From: Geosiphon pyriformis uo1
Taxonomy: Eukaryota; Fungi; Glomeromycota
Length of the DNA: 64,000 nucleotides
NCBI GenBank assembly: GCA_016748015.1
Contig: JAAOMT010000134.1
Location: 1,494,757-1,558,756 of the forward strand
Reading direction: 5' to 3'
In this document: positions 38,901 to 53,300 of the stretch, piece after piece
Layout: each line of letters starts with the position of its first letter
Numbering within the stretch: position 1 is the first letter of the stretch
Notes under the pieces: generated by a model
The model's database searches: none
Told to the model about the DNA's origin: nothing
Seen by the model: the letters and a program-made list of their open reading frames with translations, nothing else
Program-made: the position numbers and the translations under genes

Positions 38901-41900
38901 ATATAATGTTGTAGTTGTTGGTATTTTTGTGTATTTGTAACAGTCCATCAGCATTTCCATTGTTTTTTCCCTTTTTATAATGTACTGTATAATTAAATGG
39001 TGAAAGTTCTATTTTCTATCTGGCATGATGATCATCTGCAAATTCTTGTTTTTGGATTGAAGTTAATTCTTTGTGGTCAGTGTACACTTCAAACTTTTGA
39101 CTCAAGTATTCTTTCCATTTGATGACAGCCCAATAGATAGCTAAGTGTTTTAGTGCTGGAGTTCCATAGTTCTTCTCAGCTGGACTTAAGCTTCTACTAG
39201 CATAAGCTACTGGATGTTCTCTTCTATTTGGTTCTTTCTGTAATAGTACTGCTCCTAATGCTTAATCTAATGCATCAGTAGTAATGATAAATGGTTTGTT
39301 ATGATCTGAATACATCAATACTGGAGCTTGGATAAGCTTTCTTCTCAATGTGTCAAAAGCTTCTTGTTGAGCTTTAGTTCATTCATACTTCTCATTCTTG
39401 GTTTGTAGATAGTGAAGTGGCTGAGCTAGTTTAGAAAAATCCTTGATAAAGTGACAATAGTAGTCTGCGAATCCCAAAAATGCTCTTAGTTCTGTCAAGT
39501 TGGTTGGTACTGGAAAGTTCTTAACTATTTTGATCTTGTCTGGATCCATTTTGATATTATTTTTGCTCACTATATGTACCAAAAACTTGAGTTTAGTTTT
39601 TCCAAAGAAACATTTTGTTGTATTTAGTTTCAATTCAGCTTTTTTTAATCTTTTGAACACTTCTTGAAAATGATGCAGATAATCATCAAATGTTTTTGAG
39701 AACACATTGGTGTCATCCAAGTATATGACTACTGATTTCCATAGTAGTCTGGTATAGACAATTTCCATAAGCCATTGAAATATTGCTGGAGCATTTATTA
39801 AGTCAAATGGCATAACTTCAAATTCAAAATTTTTTTCTTTTGTGGTAAATGCTGTTTTTTCTTTGTCAGCTGGATCCATAGCTACTTGCCAGTAACCACT
39901 ATTTAGATTTAATGTTGAGAATCATTTATTTTCTCCAAAAGCATCAAATAGTTCTTGAATTTTTGGAGTTGGATAGCTATTACCTTTTGTTACTCTATTC
40001 AGTTTCCGGTAGTCTACACAAAAACGGATTTTCCCATTTTTCTTATAGACCAGTACCACTGGTGATGACCATGGACTCATTGATAACTGAATTAGTCTAT
40101 TGTTAAGCATTTGGTTGATTTCTTGACAAATGATTTCATGGCTAGCTGGTGGTACTCTATATGCTCTTTGCTTGATTGGCATTGTATCTTCAGTCTTGAT
40201 CTGATGCTGGATGATGTTGGTTTGGCCAAATTCATCTTTGTTAGCAAAGATGTCATTGAAATTGTTGAGTAACATCTTGAGTTGCATCTGTTGAAGTGGA
40301 TCTAGATTCCCCATGTTCATCTGTTCCAATTGTTCTAATTGGAGCAGATAACATTCACTTCTTCTGTAGATGGTTTGTGATGTAATGTTTACATATCCAC
40401 AAAGCTGTAAAAAATCTGGAATGTGGTTTGGTGGTTAAATATCCAATGATAGTTCCCTTTGGTATTTTGATGATCTTTCCAGTTGTGTTATAGATAGGAA
40501 TTTTGATGTTTTTGGGGTTTTTGGCTGATATGTAGAGATTGGTGAGTCCAATCTCCCCTAATTCACAAATGGTGGCTTCTGCTTCAAACAATTGAGCTTG
40601 ATTCTTTACTTCTCTTTTTATGGCTAACATATACTGGTTATATAATGGAATAAAAATTGTTTGACGAGTTGAGATAATTTCTTCTTTGTCAACAATTTCT
40701 TTTTCTGCCATATTAACTGGTATATTTATTTTATCTATTGATCCAAATCTCTGTATCCCTCTAGCTGTAATTCCTAATTTCTTTCTGTTTTCTACTAACA
40801 CTAACTGAGCTATTTTTACCAGAGGTAAAAATATTGTCTGTGCTATCTTTTCATTTGGCTCTATAATATAGGTCTTTTTTGAGTTATTTTGTAGCATGAT
40901 GATGATATTTTCTATGTATCCTGCATTAATTATTTCTCTTCTGATGTTGATTCCTTTTTTCACTAAACTACTCCTAAATGTTAATTGGACTATAGTTGTT
41001 GCTAGAATTTCCAGAGCTATTTTGAGATCAATATATGTGTACGAATTTGGTTCCAATTTGATGGGTTCTTTTCCCAGATATCTTAGATCAAACCCTGCAT
41101 CAGTATTATGCACATGTTCTGGCATGATACCTTCATTATTATTACTATACTATTTGAGTTCCTGCTCCTTAGAGAGATCAGAAAGTGCAATGTATATTTC
41201 GGAGTTTAAATTAGAGTCTAAATTATTGATATTTTTATTGCCATATTATGCAGAGCTGGAACTGGTGTTTTTGTTGTCATCATTGTCAGAGTTTGAATCA
41301 AGATTGAAAACTGATTCCAATTCCGATGTGCAGCTGCTGATTAGTTCTTTTTTTGGGATTGTGTAGATTATGCATAGTGGTGAATTGTAAATAAGATCAC
41401 ACTTATTACAATATTGAAAGTCACAGAGAATTAAGCAATGTTAACATAACTGGGTATTCAACTGCTCCAAACACTGCTTTAGTTCTTTTCTGGTAGGTGC
41501 TAGCTCTTGGTAATGTTTGTAGAATTGTTCTGGATCTAGGAGATTTATAACTAATTCTGGATTTCAGTCAAGTTCTATAGGTTCAGATGGGTTATTTTTA
41601 ATTGTTTTTATTTCTTCTGGGGTTGCTCCTTTGATTTTGGCAAGTGCCATTTGCCAAATTTTGTCATCGTCATGTGGGCACCCATTCAGGCATTTAACAG
41701 CTTGTTTTCAAGCAGTGTCTATAGGCATTTTTTTTTATCCAGTCACTTATAAAAATCATGTATTGACACAATTCATTGCATATTTTTCCTTGCCCAGAAA
41801 TGTTGTTCTATATTCTTTTGTTCAGAAGAGTTTTTCCACAAGCCAAGCATGATTCATTGTCCCATTTTCCAACCCGTTTTGGCCTTCCAAAGTGTTCAAT

Positions 41901-44900
41901 AATGCATGGGCAGCAGTAGAATTTTGTTGTCAAAGTGTACTCCACATTATCACCACAACAAGCGCCCATTGACAACAATTTCTTATCGCAATTGATGCAT
42001 ACCAGTTTTGGGCAGTGATAAGTACATTGGTGAATATAGTGTAGGAATTATAAGTGGGGTTGCTGTCAATTATTGGTTCTTCTTCCTTCTCTTTTTTTTT
42101 TCCCTTTTTGTCTTTTTTTTATTCTCAGTTTATTTGTTCTTTCTGGTTGTTGTCAGTTTCCCAGACTTGATCAGCTTTCCAAGTAAGTTTTTCACTCTGC
42201 TTTTTTTTGCTGTTGTTGTCTCACAAAGGTATTGGTGGCAGCTTGTTGTGTTTTGTGTTGGCCCAGAAAACTTGGTAGGCTTTCCAGGTAGGTTTTTTCT
42301 CTTCTTCCTTGAATTCGATAAGTAGTGTTGTCAAGTTAGTGGTCTTAAAATGGCCACATGTGGCTGGTACACATGTGTGTTAACTGTTTTGGCTTAGTTG
42401 AAGCTCTTGCATTGTCCAGTCTAGTATGGCATTGGTTTTAGATAACCAGTCATTTTCTACTAATGCCTGATATTAAGTTGCTTCCATTACTAGGACTTTG
42501 ATGAAAATAATGATGCCATTGACTTCAAAAGAGAAGTCATCAATCTCATCAATGGGAGTTTTGGTTGCTCTATTGGCAGTTATAATCCAGGCACTGGCAA
42601 CATGGTCAACTTGGCAACTTAATTGGTCCATGAGTTGTTTTGTAATAATGCTGCCAGCTGATCCATTGTCTAAGATCAGTTTAATGGAATGGCCATCAAC
42701 TTTGGCATCAGTGTACATGGCAGTAATAGATTTTTCTTCTAGAGCAGCTCCACTAAATAATGATATGGTCGACAGTTTTTCAAGTTCAAACAAGAATATG
42801 GTGTTCAGTAATTTATTCTCACTGATGGTAGCTGGAGAAATGTTGCTGGTAAGTGTTGGATGTTGGTTGGTTTCCGGATTATTGGATTGAGTGTCTTCTG
42901 AGGTAACTAGTAGACTTAAATAATTTTGGGAATTTGGGTGTTGGTTGTACCCAGTGTCTGAATTCCATTGTTGAGATCTTGCTAATTGTGTGGAAGAACT
43001 GGAGATTAGTTGGTAGACTACTGTCAACAATCTCCAGCTTTGTTGGGTTAATCTCAGCTTTTGGGTTCCATTTTGAGATAAGTTCTGTAGCAGTGTTTAA
43101 ATTTGTTGGGACTAATAGATTACCTGAGGCTGTGGCTGATAAATGGGTTGTGACTGTAGCTAATACATTACTGGTATTATCGGTTGATAAATTGGCACTT
43201 GATATATTAGTGGTTAATAAGGTGGCTGCTGTATTATAGATAAGTAACTCTGATAATATGACTCTGAATTTGGTAGGTTATTTGGAATGTGAAACCGGCG
43301 ATCAGGGTTTCAATATTGATTTCCTGATTGTTGATTATTTAAGCAATGGCAGCAATTAATTTGTAGGTGTTCTTGTTTACCACAATAGTGGCAAACATGC
43401 ATTTTCTGTTGCCACTGTTGATTGGTTGACAATAATGGACACGACTGATTCTAGAAACAATTCATGTTTCCAGAATTATTGTGTTGTTGTGGTGGTTAAT
43501 AAATTGAGCGATTGTCAGCTAAGTATCCCTCTAATTTCTGATTAATGAAATTACTAAATTGTTTCAATTTGGAATCCAATTCAAATAATCCATTCATTAC
43601 TAGATTAACAGCTTGGACATGGTTGGCTTCTAATTTAGCAGCTTCAAAATCTCTGGCGTTTGTAACAGCTGCTTGCAAATCGACGGGATGCATTGGATGT
43701 ACGCATTGCAGGATGCTATTGTATAATCTGCAAATAAACTGATTTAAGATCTGGGCCACTGTGAAATAATTGGCATCAATGGCTTGGATCTGACACAGAT
43801 TCTTGTGGAAGTGTTCTAAATAAGTAGTGACTGCTTTATTTTTTCCTTGTTTAATGGTAGTGAAGATGTTTGCTAGCCTGTTAATGCTGTTATTGTTGCT
43901 GAAATATCTTAAGAACTCAATTTTAAATGTATTAAAATCTTGGGGTTTGTTGACTAGGCTTTGATATCATGAATTGGCAGTATTCTGGAGAAAATATGGG
44001 ATGGCTTGCATGGCTCTGGCATCATTCCATCCATTAGCTGCTATGGTTTTTTCTATATCATTAAGCCATACTTGGGTGTCATTCTCTTTGCTGGTGGATT
44101 TTTCAAGTTTTACTATTAGAGCATAGGCCATTGGATCCAAGTTTGGTTGTTGGAGTTGTTGTTGTGGCTAAGGAAGCGGCTGCTGTGGTAGTTGAGGTGG
44201 TTAAAGTGGCTGTTGTTGCCGTTTGTTGATTGATGAAGCTGAGAGTGGATTGATCACAATTACTGGAGGTAAGTGTTGTTAATTATTAATGTTGGGGTTT
44301 CGATTGTTCTGATTGTGCTGTGTTTGAAAATTCAGAGTTTCAATTTCCAGGTTTTCTGGAATTGGGTTTTGGTAAGTAAATTCTTGATCTTCAAATTCTT
44401 CTTCTTCTTTCTGTTCCTCTTCTGATTCTGTTAATTTCCAGAGACTTGTGGTTCTGAAATCTGGCTGTGGTGGCAGTGATCAGAATTCTGATGGTATTGG
44501 CAATTGCAATTTAAATCCTTCAAAATAATTGCCATATGGTCCTAATAACTCTGCTTTTCATTGTTTACTTTGGAATGGGAAGCATTCAAAGATTGATGTT
44601 GCATTTAATGTAGACACGTCTGTTGATGAAATGTTAATGGCACTTTCAAGCATATAATGGTATGATAGATTGGTGGGTGATTCAATTTGGGTTTTTTTCC
44701 AATTGGGTGGTTGTATTTGTTTTGGTGTTACTGCTGGGGTTTGCAATTTTTCTTTGCTTTTATCTACATAGGTGATGGGAAATTGTTGTTGTGTAATTGG
44801 TGCGAAACTGTAGTTTTTTGGTAAGCTGGTATGTTGAAATAATTCTGTATAGGAATTTTTTCTTGTGGATTCAATGTTAACTGTTTCTCCTAAGCAGTCT

Positions 44901-45903
44901 GTGATTTTATTGTTGATGTAAAAATTGAAGGCTAATTCCACTGGGAAATAGTTATTGTTCAATTCTAATCATTGACTGTACTGTTGGAATAAGGATTTGG
45001 CAAATTCTAAATGGTTTGTTCCTATGATTTCTGATTCTGCCACTTTTGGATGATTGTTGATGGTGCTGGTTCTCTGTAGAATTATACCTTACAGGAAGCA
45101 CCAAATATTACAGATGATTATTTGGGGTCTCAAATCAAATAACAAATCCATAACTTGGTGCTCAGTATCTTGACAATGTTAATGTTACAGTTATGTTGAT
45201 TGTATCTAAAGGTTTTAGAGTTGAGTTTTTTGTATAATGGACAGAGATTCAATGACAATGTAGTTAGTTGGTGAGTTGTGTTCCCAATTTCTGTCTTCAG
45301 CTTGGTGGCCAGTTTATTCTGGCATTTGTGCTTTTCTGGTAAGCTATCTATTAATATATATATAATTTTACCCTTATTTTTGGGTTTTTTACCAGGCTAT
45401 CTGTGATGTCAATTACTCAATGCTTTAATTCTTAATCAGTTAATTTTCAATAATAAAAATCAAAGAAAGAAAAAAATAAAAAAAAATAAAAAAATGAGCC
45501 AAGATAATGTGCACATTAGTATCTCGTCAATAGTTGTGATTAAGAGCTATTGTTCCAGTGTGATTAAGTATTAATTACTATCAACATAAAATATTGATAG
45601 TAAAGAGTGGATTTGGATGGTGAATGATTTATTTATTTAATATTTGTGGAGGGAAGATTTTTCACTAAAGAATTCTAATAAAAGAATTCTGCTCTTTCTA
45701 TTTCTAATGCTACTACTATATATACATAATTGATGTTCTATGAGATTGCTTATATTTCTGAGTAATGTGCTATGATTTTTTGAGCAATGTGCCATGATTT
45801 CTATTATTGCTCTACATTGCTGAGTAATGTGCTTATATGCTACATACTATTTACTTATTGGTCTACTATTTTCCCTATATCTGTTTTCTTTTTATGAGTA
45901 ATA
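35958..45903 (-). mobile_element. Full-length family-A Gypsy element A3 (3' LTR 35958-36851, 5' LTR 45106-45903; perfect TSD TCTT) inserted in LINE ORF1
   Basis: Two LTRs; PBS TTTGGTGCTTCCTGT at ~45088-45105; PPT at 36852-36866. Gag from GTG at 45043, PR ~42360-42730, Cys-rich ~41380-42020, dUTPase ~40730-41125, RT (YLDD) ~39379-40250, RH, INT ~37562-38935. Confidence 0.97.
36866..37501 (-). pseudogene. A3 ORF3 (~212 codons, single frame with a few transition-derived stops)
   Basis: MEIPDHIHAIAQQLFQAL...SYCYYQLGQKLNIQELY...RTIYQLHNIFQNYP...ENFNRA*Y*. Confidence 0.82.
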
Positions 45904-45907
45904 TCTT

Positions 45908-47315
45908 CCTCTTTCTGGTGTCTTAGATTCAGATAGTGGTTCTTTTTTTACTTTAGCCAACACTTTTTCTTTGAATGCTTGTTTGGCCACTTTGGAATGC
46001 TTCTTAGAGCTTTTGATGAATCAGGTGTCTGGTATATTAAAAAAGTTAAGTAGCATGGAACTGAAATCTACGGCAATCCTCTTTAGCATTCCTTCTCTGT
46101 TCACTCCCACTTCTTTGGTGCTGCATTTGGATGTGGATATAGTTTTGAATAATATAACATTGGCTTCTACTCCTTTTCTCTCAGCTGTGAATGAGATGAT
46201 CCATGATTCTAGCTCGAGTTTTTCTAAGATTCTGACCTCCAAGATGGGTGAATTAGAATCAAAAATGATAGCTTTTGAGGTCTTAATCAGTTTGGTTTTA
46301 GAAAAGTTGAATCATCTGTGTTCTGGTATGAGTTCTTTAGCTCTCCTTCTTTTTCAATAAGTAGTTTGGTATAGAAGGTGGCTTCATGTAATGTCAGGGG
46401 CATGAACAATCCTGCCAAACAGAAGGATATTGTTCAATGGCACAAAAATATGGGCAACATGATTTCTGTGATTACTGAAACAAAGTTGAAAGGCAAAGTT
46501 TGTCCTTAGATTATGAATAAGTTTGATAGCGTTCAAGTATTTATCTCTGGTTTAGAGTTTGGTTATTTGGGTGCAGATGTTGTCATAATTATGGATGCTT
46601 CTCTAGCAAAACATGTGTGCAAAGTTTCTGAGATGTCTGGTCAACTTATCTCTGTAAAATTGCTCTTTAAAAACAAAATTTCATTGACAGTTTTGGGCTT
46701 GTATGTGGATGCCACCTTGGAAAAGAGGCTGGCTCACTCTTATGTCATTAATTCAATAGTGGCTGAAGCTTTAAATGGTAGTACATTCATTGTTCTTGGT
46801 GGTGACTTTAATGAAAATGATTCTGGTCACAGTGCAAGCTTCAAAAAATGTCTGAATCTGGGTTTGTTTGATTCTTTACATGGTTTTTCTTTGCACAGAC
46901 TTCCCACATGGTCTAATTTGAGGGGTGTTCAAAAGTGCATAGATTTTATATTAGTTAGTGATGGTCTTCACAGTTTGTTTTTTAACCAAAAAGTTTACTG
47001 TCTGGCTGAATTTTTTGATTCTGACCACTTGGTAGTATTAGCAGACATTGGTTTGGGGGGCTTTCTCAATTCTCAGTTTAATTCAGTATGCAAACAGGCC
47101 ATGAAAAAAAAATGAAAATACAAAGTTAGTAGTGTCAGTGATAAGGTTTGGAAAAAGTTTAGAGATGTATCATTGGTTGCTTTTTCAAAGTCAGCTGGTG
47201 ATTTTGAATATCACACCACTGAAGGTAATATCAATGGGATGTGGACACTTTTCTGTTAAATAGTGCACTCTGCAGCAGAAGCTACTCTCATGAAAACATG
47301 GTCCAGGGATAGTGG
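45908..47315 (+). pseudogene. LINE part 2: ORF1 tail (to 46360) and ORF2 APE endonuclease
   Basis: KVASCNVRGMN, ITETK, VLGGDFNE, PTW, CIDFIL, DSDHLVV: the APE/EEP motif set. Confidence 0.9.
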
Positions 47316-50300
47316 TGCTACAGGTAATTATTTGGGGTCTTAGGTCAAATATCAAATCTGTAACTTGGTGCTCAAAACTACTTATGTTGTTAATAATATC
47401 TTTAAGTGGTTGGTATCTGAAGGTTTTCCAAATGAGTTCTTTGTATAATAGACAGAGATTCAATAGTTGTTTTATCCATAGCTTTCCAGACTCGCAAGTC
47501 TATCAATTCTTTTCTCGGCTTGGTGGCTGGCAATCCTTTGGTAAGTAATCCATATTTTCTGTACGTGTTCTACCCATTCCCAGAGGTCTTTTACCAGGCA
47601 ATCTTTGACATCAGTAATCAGCACTTTTAATCAATCAGTTAGTGCACAATAACAAAATCACAGAAAATAAAGAAGTAAAAAAATATAAAGAAAGATAAAA
47701 GAGAAAATAAGAAATAAGCCAAGACAATTTGCAAGTTAGTATTCTGTCAATAGCCGTGATCAAGAGCTATTGTTCCAGTATGGTTAAGTATCAATTATTA
47801 TCAACATGAAGTGTTGATAGTGAAGAGTGAATTTGATATGGTGAATAATTATTTATTTAAGGATTGTGGTAACTAAGCTAAGAATTCTTGGTGTTGATTC
47901 TGTCTTTTCTGCTTTTAATGCTACTGCTATATATACATATTTGAAATTTCTCAATTTCTCAATTCCTTGCAACAGGAATCCTGAAATTCTTGGAATCTTG
48001 CAATTCCTGATGAGAGGAATCCTGGAATTCTAGAATTCTGCAATTCCTTGTTGGAGAATTCTGAAATTTCTGGAATCCTGTAATTCCTCTGAAAAAAATT
48101 TTGGAATTCCACATTTATTATGTTTACATCTGATTGGCTAATATCTACTGACTAATAATACTATATTTCTTATATTCTATGAGTAACATTATTCTCTCCT
48201 TTTAATATTGAGCTCCGTTGAAATCTAATTCCTTTAATTCTCTCCCTTAAAGTATTTCCTGAATTTTGTTTTCGAGAATTACTTGTGTTATTTGAGTCTG
48301 TAATTCTTCAAATTGAGCATTGGTGATTTTTCCCAATTGATTACTGGTAACTGTATCCATTGCTTTGTTGAGTAGAATTTCTGGTCAATCCTGAAATGCT
48401 GTATGTATTCAGTATATAGCTCAAGCTTGTGTGGATAAGTTGTTTTTCTCCACAAAATGTTCTAGTTGTTGTAGTATTATTGTGTCAAATAACTGCTTTG
48501 TTTTATCCATATATAAGTTCTGGATATTCATGTATTGTCCCAAGTAAAAATAACTATAATTTTTTGGAAATTGTTGTGTCCATCAGGTCCAAGTTTTTCT
48601 GATAAGTTCTTGGTGTAATCTGACTATTTGTTGTTTTTTTATGGCCAATTTTATTTTGGTCATGATCTTGTCAACAACATTTTCAAGTCTTTTCTGTGCT
48701 TTGTTTTGTAGTATCTTTGGCGTATTTTTGTAACAAATGGTTTATTGTAATTTCTATCTCTTGGTGTTGGATTAATTGAAAAATTTGTTGGGCTAATGAA
48801 TAGATATTGTCCATAATTTTCATTTTTCTGATCTCTTCTGTTACATTGACCATGTTCTTATATATTCTTTTGTTAATCAATTAGACATGTTGTTATCAAT
48901 GATAATGATTGGTTCCAGATCTTGTGGAATCTTATCTGATTGGACTAGTATTCTCTGTACTCTTAATTGTAGAATATTACTGGCGAATGATGATGCTGTA
49001 TGGTGATATGGTTTCAATCAATCTCCATGTGCTGCTTTGGTCAAGATTTTGTTATTCAATCTTAATTTGTAAGCTCTATTTCTTAGAATTTTTTCTATGT
49101 GAAATGGTCTGTCCTATTTGGGGTCAAATTTTTTACTCCATTGTTTTTCTACTTTGGTACAATATAGTAGTACTTTGTCTCCAATCTTGAATTCAACTGG
49201 TTTATCTGGTAGTTGGTTATCATGTCTTTCTTTCTGTTTATCTTGTGACTTTTGTATGTTGTCAGCTGCTCTTCGTCATTTGTTTTCTAATGTTTCCATT
49301 AAGTCATATGTTCTTTTTAACAATGTGTTTTTGAAATTTTTTTCTGTTATTGGTTCGGTTGGGTATGTGCTGACTTTTATTTCCACTGGTAGTATTGCTG
49401 TTTTACTATATACTAATTCAAATGGTGTTGCTTGTGTAGTATTTTGCTTCATTGTCTGATAAGCAAATAGTACTGATAGTATTAACAAATTCCAATCATT
49501 TTAATTTTTTTGGCTCAGTTTGGCTATCACTTTACACAATGTTCTGTTAAACCTTTCAACTAATCCATTGGTTTGTAGATGGTATGGTGATAATAGTGGT
49601 CTCTTAATTCCAAATTTTTGGCTTAATTCTGCTAATGTTTTGTTTACAAAATGAGTTTCTTGGTCTGATAATAATTCCTTTGGACATCCGTGTTGACAAA
49701 TTAAATCTTGATGAACGAATTTGGCAACAGATTCTGCATCCACTCTTTGAATTGCTTTTACCTCTGGTCATTTAGTAAGATAGTTTATGGCTACTGCTAT
49801 GTACCTGTTTCCTCCACTGGTGATTGTTAATGGTCTGACTAAATCAATTCCAATATGGTCGAATGGTTGTCCTACTTTGATTGGTCTTAATGGTTCACTG
49901 GGTCTTGTTCCTTCTCTTCACTAACAAGCATCACAATTTTGAACATATTGGATGATGTTTGGATACATTGATGGTCAATAGTACTTTTTTTTGGTTCTTT
50001 CCATGATTGCTTCTTTGTGAAAATGTCCTGCTGTTGGATTTGAGTGCATGTTGAATCATATTGTCTTTTTTTCTGGCTCTGTAATTACTCTGGTTGGTTG
50101 ATCTAGATTTTTTCTATTTTTCCGATAAAGTATATTTCGGTAAGTAATAAAATATTTTGATTGTTGTTTGATACTCTTTTGTTCCATTTGAAATAAATTC
50201 TTCTTGAACTGTTGAGTGTTTATATAATGTTGAAGTTGTTGATATTTTTGTATGTTCATTTTTTGTTATATTTTTCATTGGTATTGTTCTGGTTTTGTTA

Positions 50301-53300
50301 TATTTTTGGATTAAAATGTTCTTAAATTTGTCTCATTCATGACAAATCATCAGCATTTCCATTGTTTTTTCCTTTTTTATAATGTATAGTATAATTATAT
50401 GGTGCAAGTACCATTTTTTATTTTGACTGTCTTCCATCTCCAAATTCTTGTTTTTGAAGTGATGTTAATCCATTGTGATCTGTGTATACTTTAAACTTCT
50501 GGCTCAAGTATTTTTTCCATTTTATGACTGCCCAGTATATTGCTAAGTGTTTTTTTTCTGGTGTTCTATAGTTCTTTTTGGCTGGTGTTAAATCTCTGCT
50601 GGCATATGCTACTGGATGTTCTCTGCCATCTGGTTCTCTCTGAGATAATACTGCTCCCAATGCTTGGCCAGATGCATCAGTGATGATGATGAATGGTTTG
50701 CTGTAATCTGAATAGATCAGTACTGGAGCTTGAATGAGCTTTCTTTTCAAAATATCAAAAGCTTCTTGTTGACTTTCTGTCCATTTATATTTTGTATTCT
50801 TGGTTTGCAGTTGGTTGAATGGCTGCACTATCTTGAAAAAGTTCTTGATAAAATGCCAATAGTAGCTGACAAATCCCAAGAATGATTTCAGTTCTGTTAT
50901 ATTGGTCGGCACTAGAGAGTTTTTTACTATCTCTATTTTCTCTAAATCCGTTTTGATGCTGTCTTTGCTGACTATGTGTTCCAAAAATTTTAGTTCTGTC
51001 TTGCTAAAGAAGCACTTTGTTGCATTTAACTTTAGTCCTGCTCTTCTTAGTCTTTTGAACATTTGTTGAAGATAATAAAAATGATCATCAAATGTTTTTG
51101 AGAATATATTAGTGTTGTCTAAGTATACAACTACTGATTTCTACAATAAGCCAGTATACACAATTTCTATTAGCTGTTGGAAAGTGGCTGGTGTATTGGT
51201 TAAGCTGAATGGCATAACTTCAAACTCAAAGTTTCCCTCTCTTGTGGTGAATGCTGTTTTTTTTTTGTCAGCTGGATCTATGGCTACTTGCCAGTAACCA
51301 CTGTTTAGGTCTAATGTTGAAAACCATTTGTTTCTACTGAAAGTGTCAAATAATTCTTGAATCTGTGGAGTGGGGTAGCTATCTCCATGAGTTACTCTAT
51401 TGAGTTTTCTATAATCTACACAAAAGCAAATTTTCCCATTTTTTTTCCAGACGAGTACCATGGGTAATGACCATGGGCTCATTGATGACTGAATTAGCTC
51501 GTTGTCAAGCATTCGGTTTATTTCTTGACGGATAATCTCGTGGCTAGCTGGTGGTACTCTGTATGCTCTTTGTTTAATTGGCATTGCATCTTCAGTCTTG
51601 ATCTGATGCTAGATGATATCAGTTTGGCTGAACTCGTTTTTACTGGCAAAGATGTCATTGAAATTGTTGAGCAACATCTTAAGTGGCATATGTTGGAGTG
51701 AATCTAAGTTTCCCATGTTTATTTGTTTCAACTGTTCTGGTTGGAGTAAGTAATATTTGTTTCGTCCATATATTGTTTGTAATGTGATATCAACATATCC
51801 ACAAAGTTGTGAAAAGTCTGGAATAGTGCTTGGTGGTTGATCTTCTATTTCTGTGGTCAAATATCCAATTGTGGTTCCTTCCAGTATATTGACAACATTT
51901 CTGGTGTTGTTGTAAATGGGAATTTTGATGCGGCTATAGTTTTTGGCTGGTATGTGGAGATTGATGAGTCCAATTTCTCCTGATTCACAAAAACTTGTTT
52001 CTGCTTCAAAAAATTGTGCTTGGTCTTTTACTTTTCTTTCTATTGTTACCAGGTACTGGTCATATGGTGGAATGGAAATTGCTTGACCAGTTGAGATAAT
52101 TTCTTTTTGGCCAACAATTTTTTCCTCTGCCATATTAACTGGTACATCTATTTTACCCGTTGACCCAAATCTCTGTATCCCTCTTGCTTTTATTCTTAAC
52201 TCTTCCCTATTTCCCACTAGTACTAACTGAGCTATCTTAACCAATGATAAGAATATTGCCTGTGCTATCTTTTTGTTTGGCTCTATAATATAGATTTTTT
52301 TTGGGTCATTTTGTAGCATGGCAATGATATTTCTTACATATTCCGTGTCAATTATTTCTTCTCTTATATTAATCTCTCTTTTTGCTAAACTACTCCAAAA
52401 TGCTAATTGAATCATTGTTGTTGCTGGAATTTCTAGCACTATTTTCAGATCAATGCAAATGTGCAAATGTGGTTCCAATTTAATGGCATCTTTTCCTGAA
52501 TATCTCAAGTCAAATCCAGCATTAGTATCATGTGTGTGTTCTGGCATAATACCTTTATTATTATTGCTGAACCATTTCAGTTCTTGTTTCTTGGTAAGAT
52601 CAGGAAGCACAATATATTGTTCATAGTTTGAGTCAGAGTTTGAATCTGAGTTGATATTGTTGTTATTGTTATTGCCATTTTAAACAAAACTGAAACCGTT
52701 ATTCTCATCGTCATCATTGTCAGGATTTGAATTGGGATTGAATGGTGATTTCAACTCCAATGTGCAGCTGCTGATTGGTTCTTCCTCTTCAGGGATCATG
52801 TAAATCATGCATGATGGTAGATTGTAAATGAGGTCACAATCATTACAATATTCAAAGTCACTGAGAATTAAACAATGATGACACAGTCTTGTATTTAACT
52901 GTGCTAGCCATTGTTCTTGCTTCTCTCTAGTGAATGCCAAGTTTTGGTAGTGTTCATGGAACTCTTCTGGTTCCAGGAAATTTATGACTGGCTCTGCGTC
53001 CCAGTCAAGCTTGATGGGTTCTGGTGGGTTGTTTTTAATTGTTCTGATTTCTTCTGGCGATGTGCCTTCAATTTTGGCAATTGTCATTCATCATAATTTA
53101 TTGTTGTCATATGGACAACTGTCTAATTGATGTACAGCTCTTTTTCAGGCGGCTTCTATTGGTGTTCTTTTCTCGACCCAGTTACTGATAAGGATTGTGT
53201 ATTGGCAGGAAATGTCGCACATTCCTTCTCTCCCAGGAATGTTGTTCCACATTTCTTCATCAAGGAGAGTTTCTCCACAGGCTAAACATGGTGTATTATC

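Noticed and set aside
47945-48110. Heat-shock elements in U3 type beta
   Set aside because: TTCnnGAA dyads occur, but the GAA/TTC phasing is not a clean three-unit nGAAn array; not supportable by eye.
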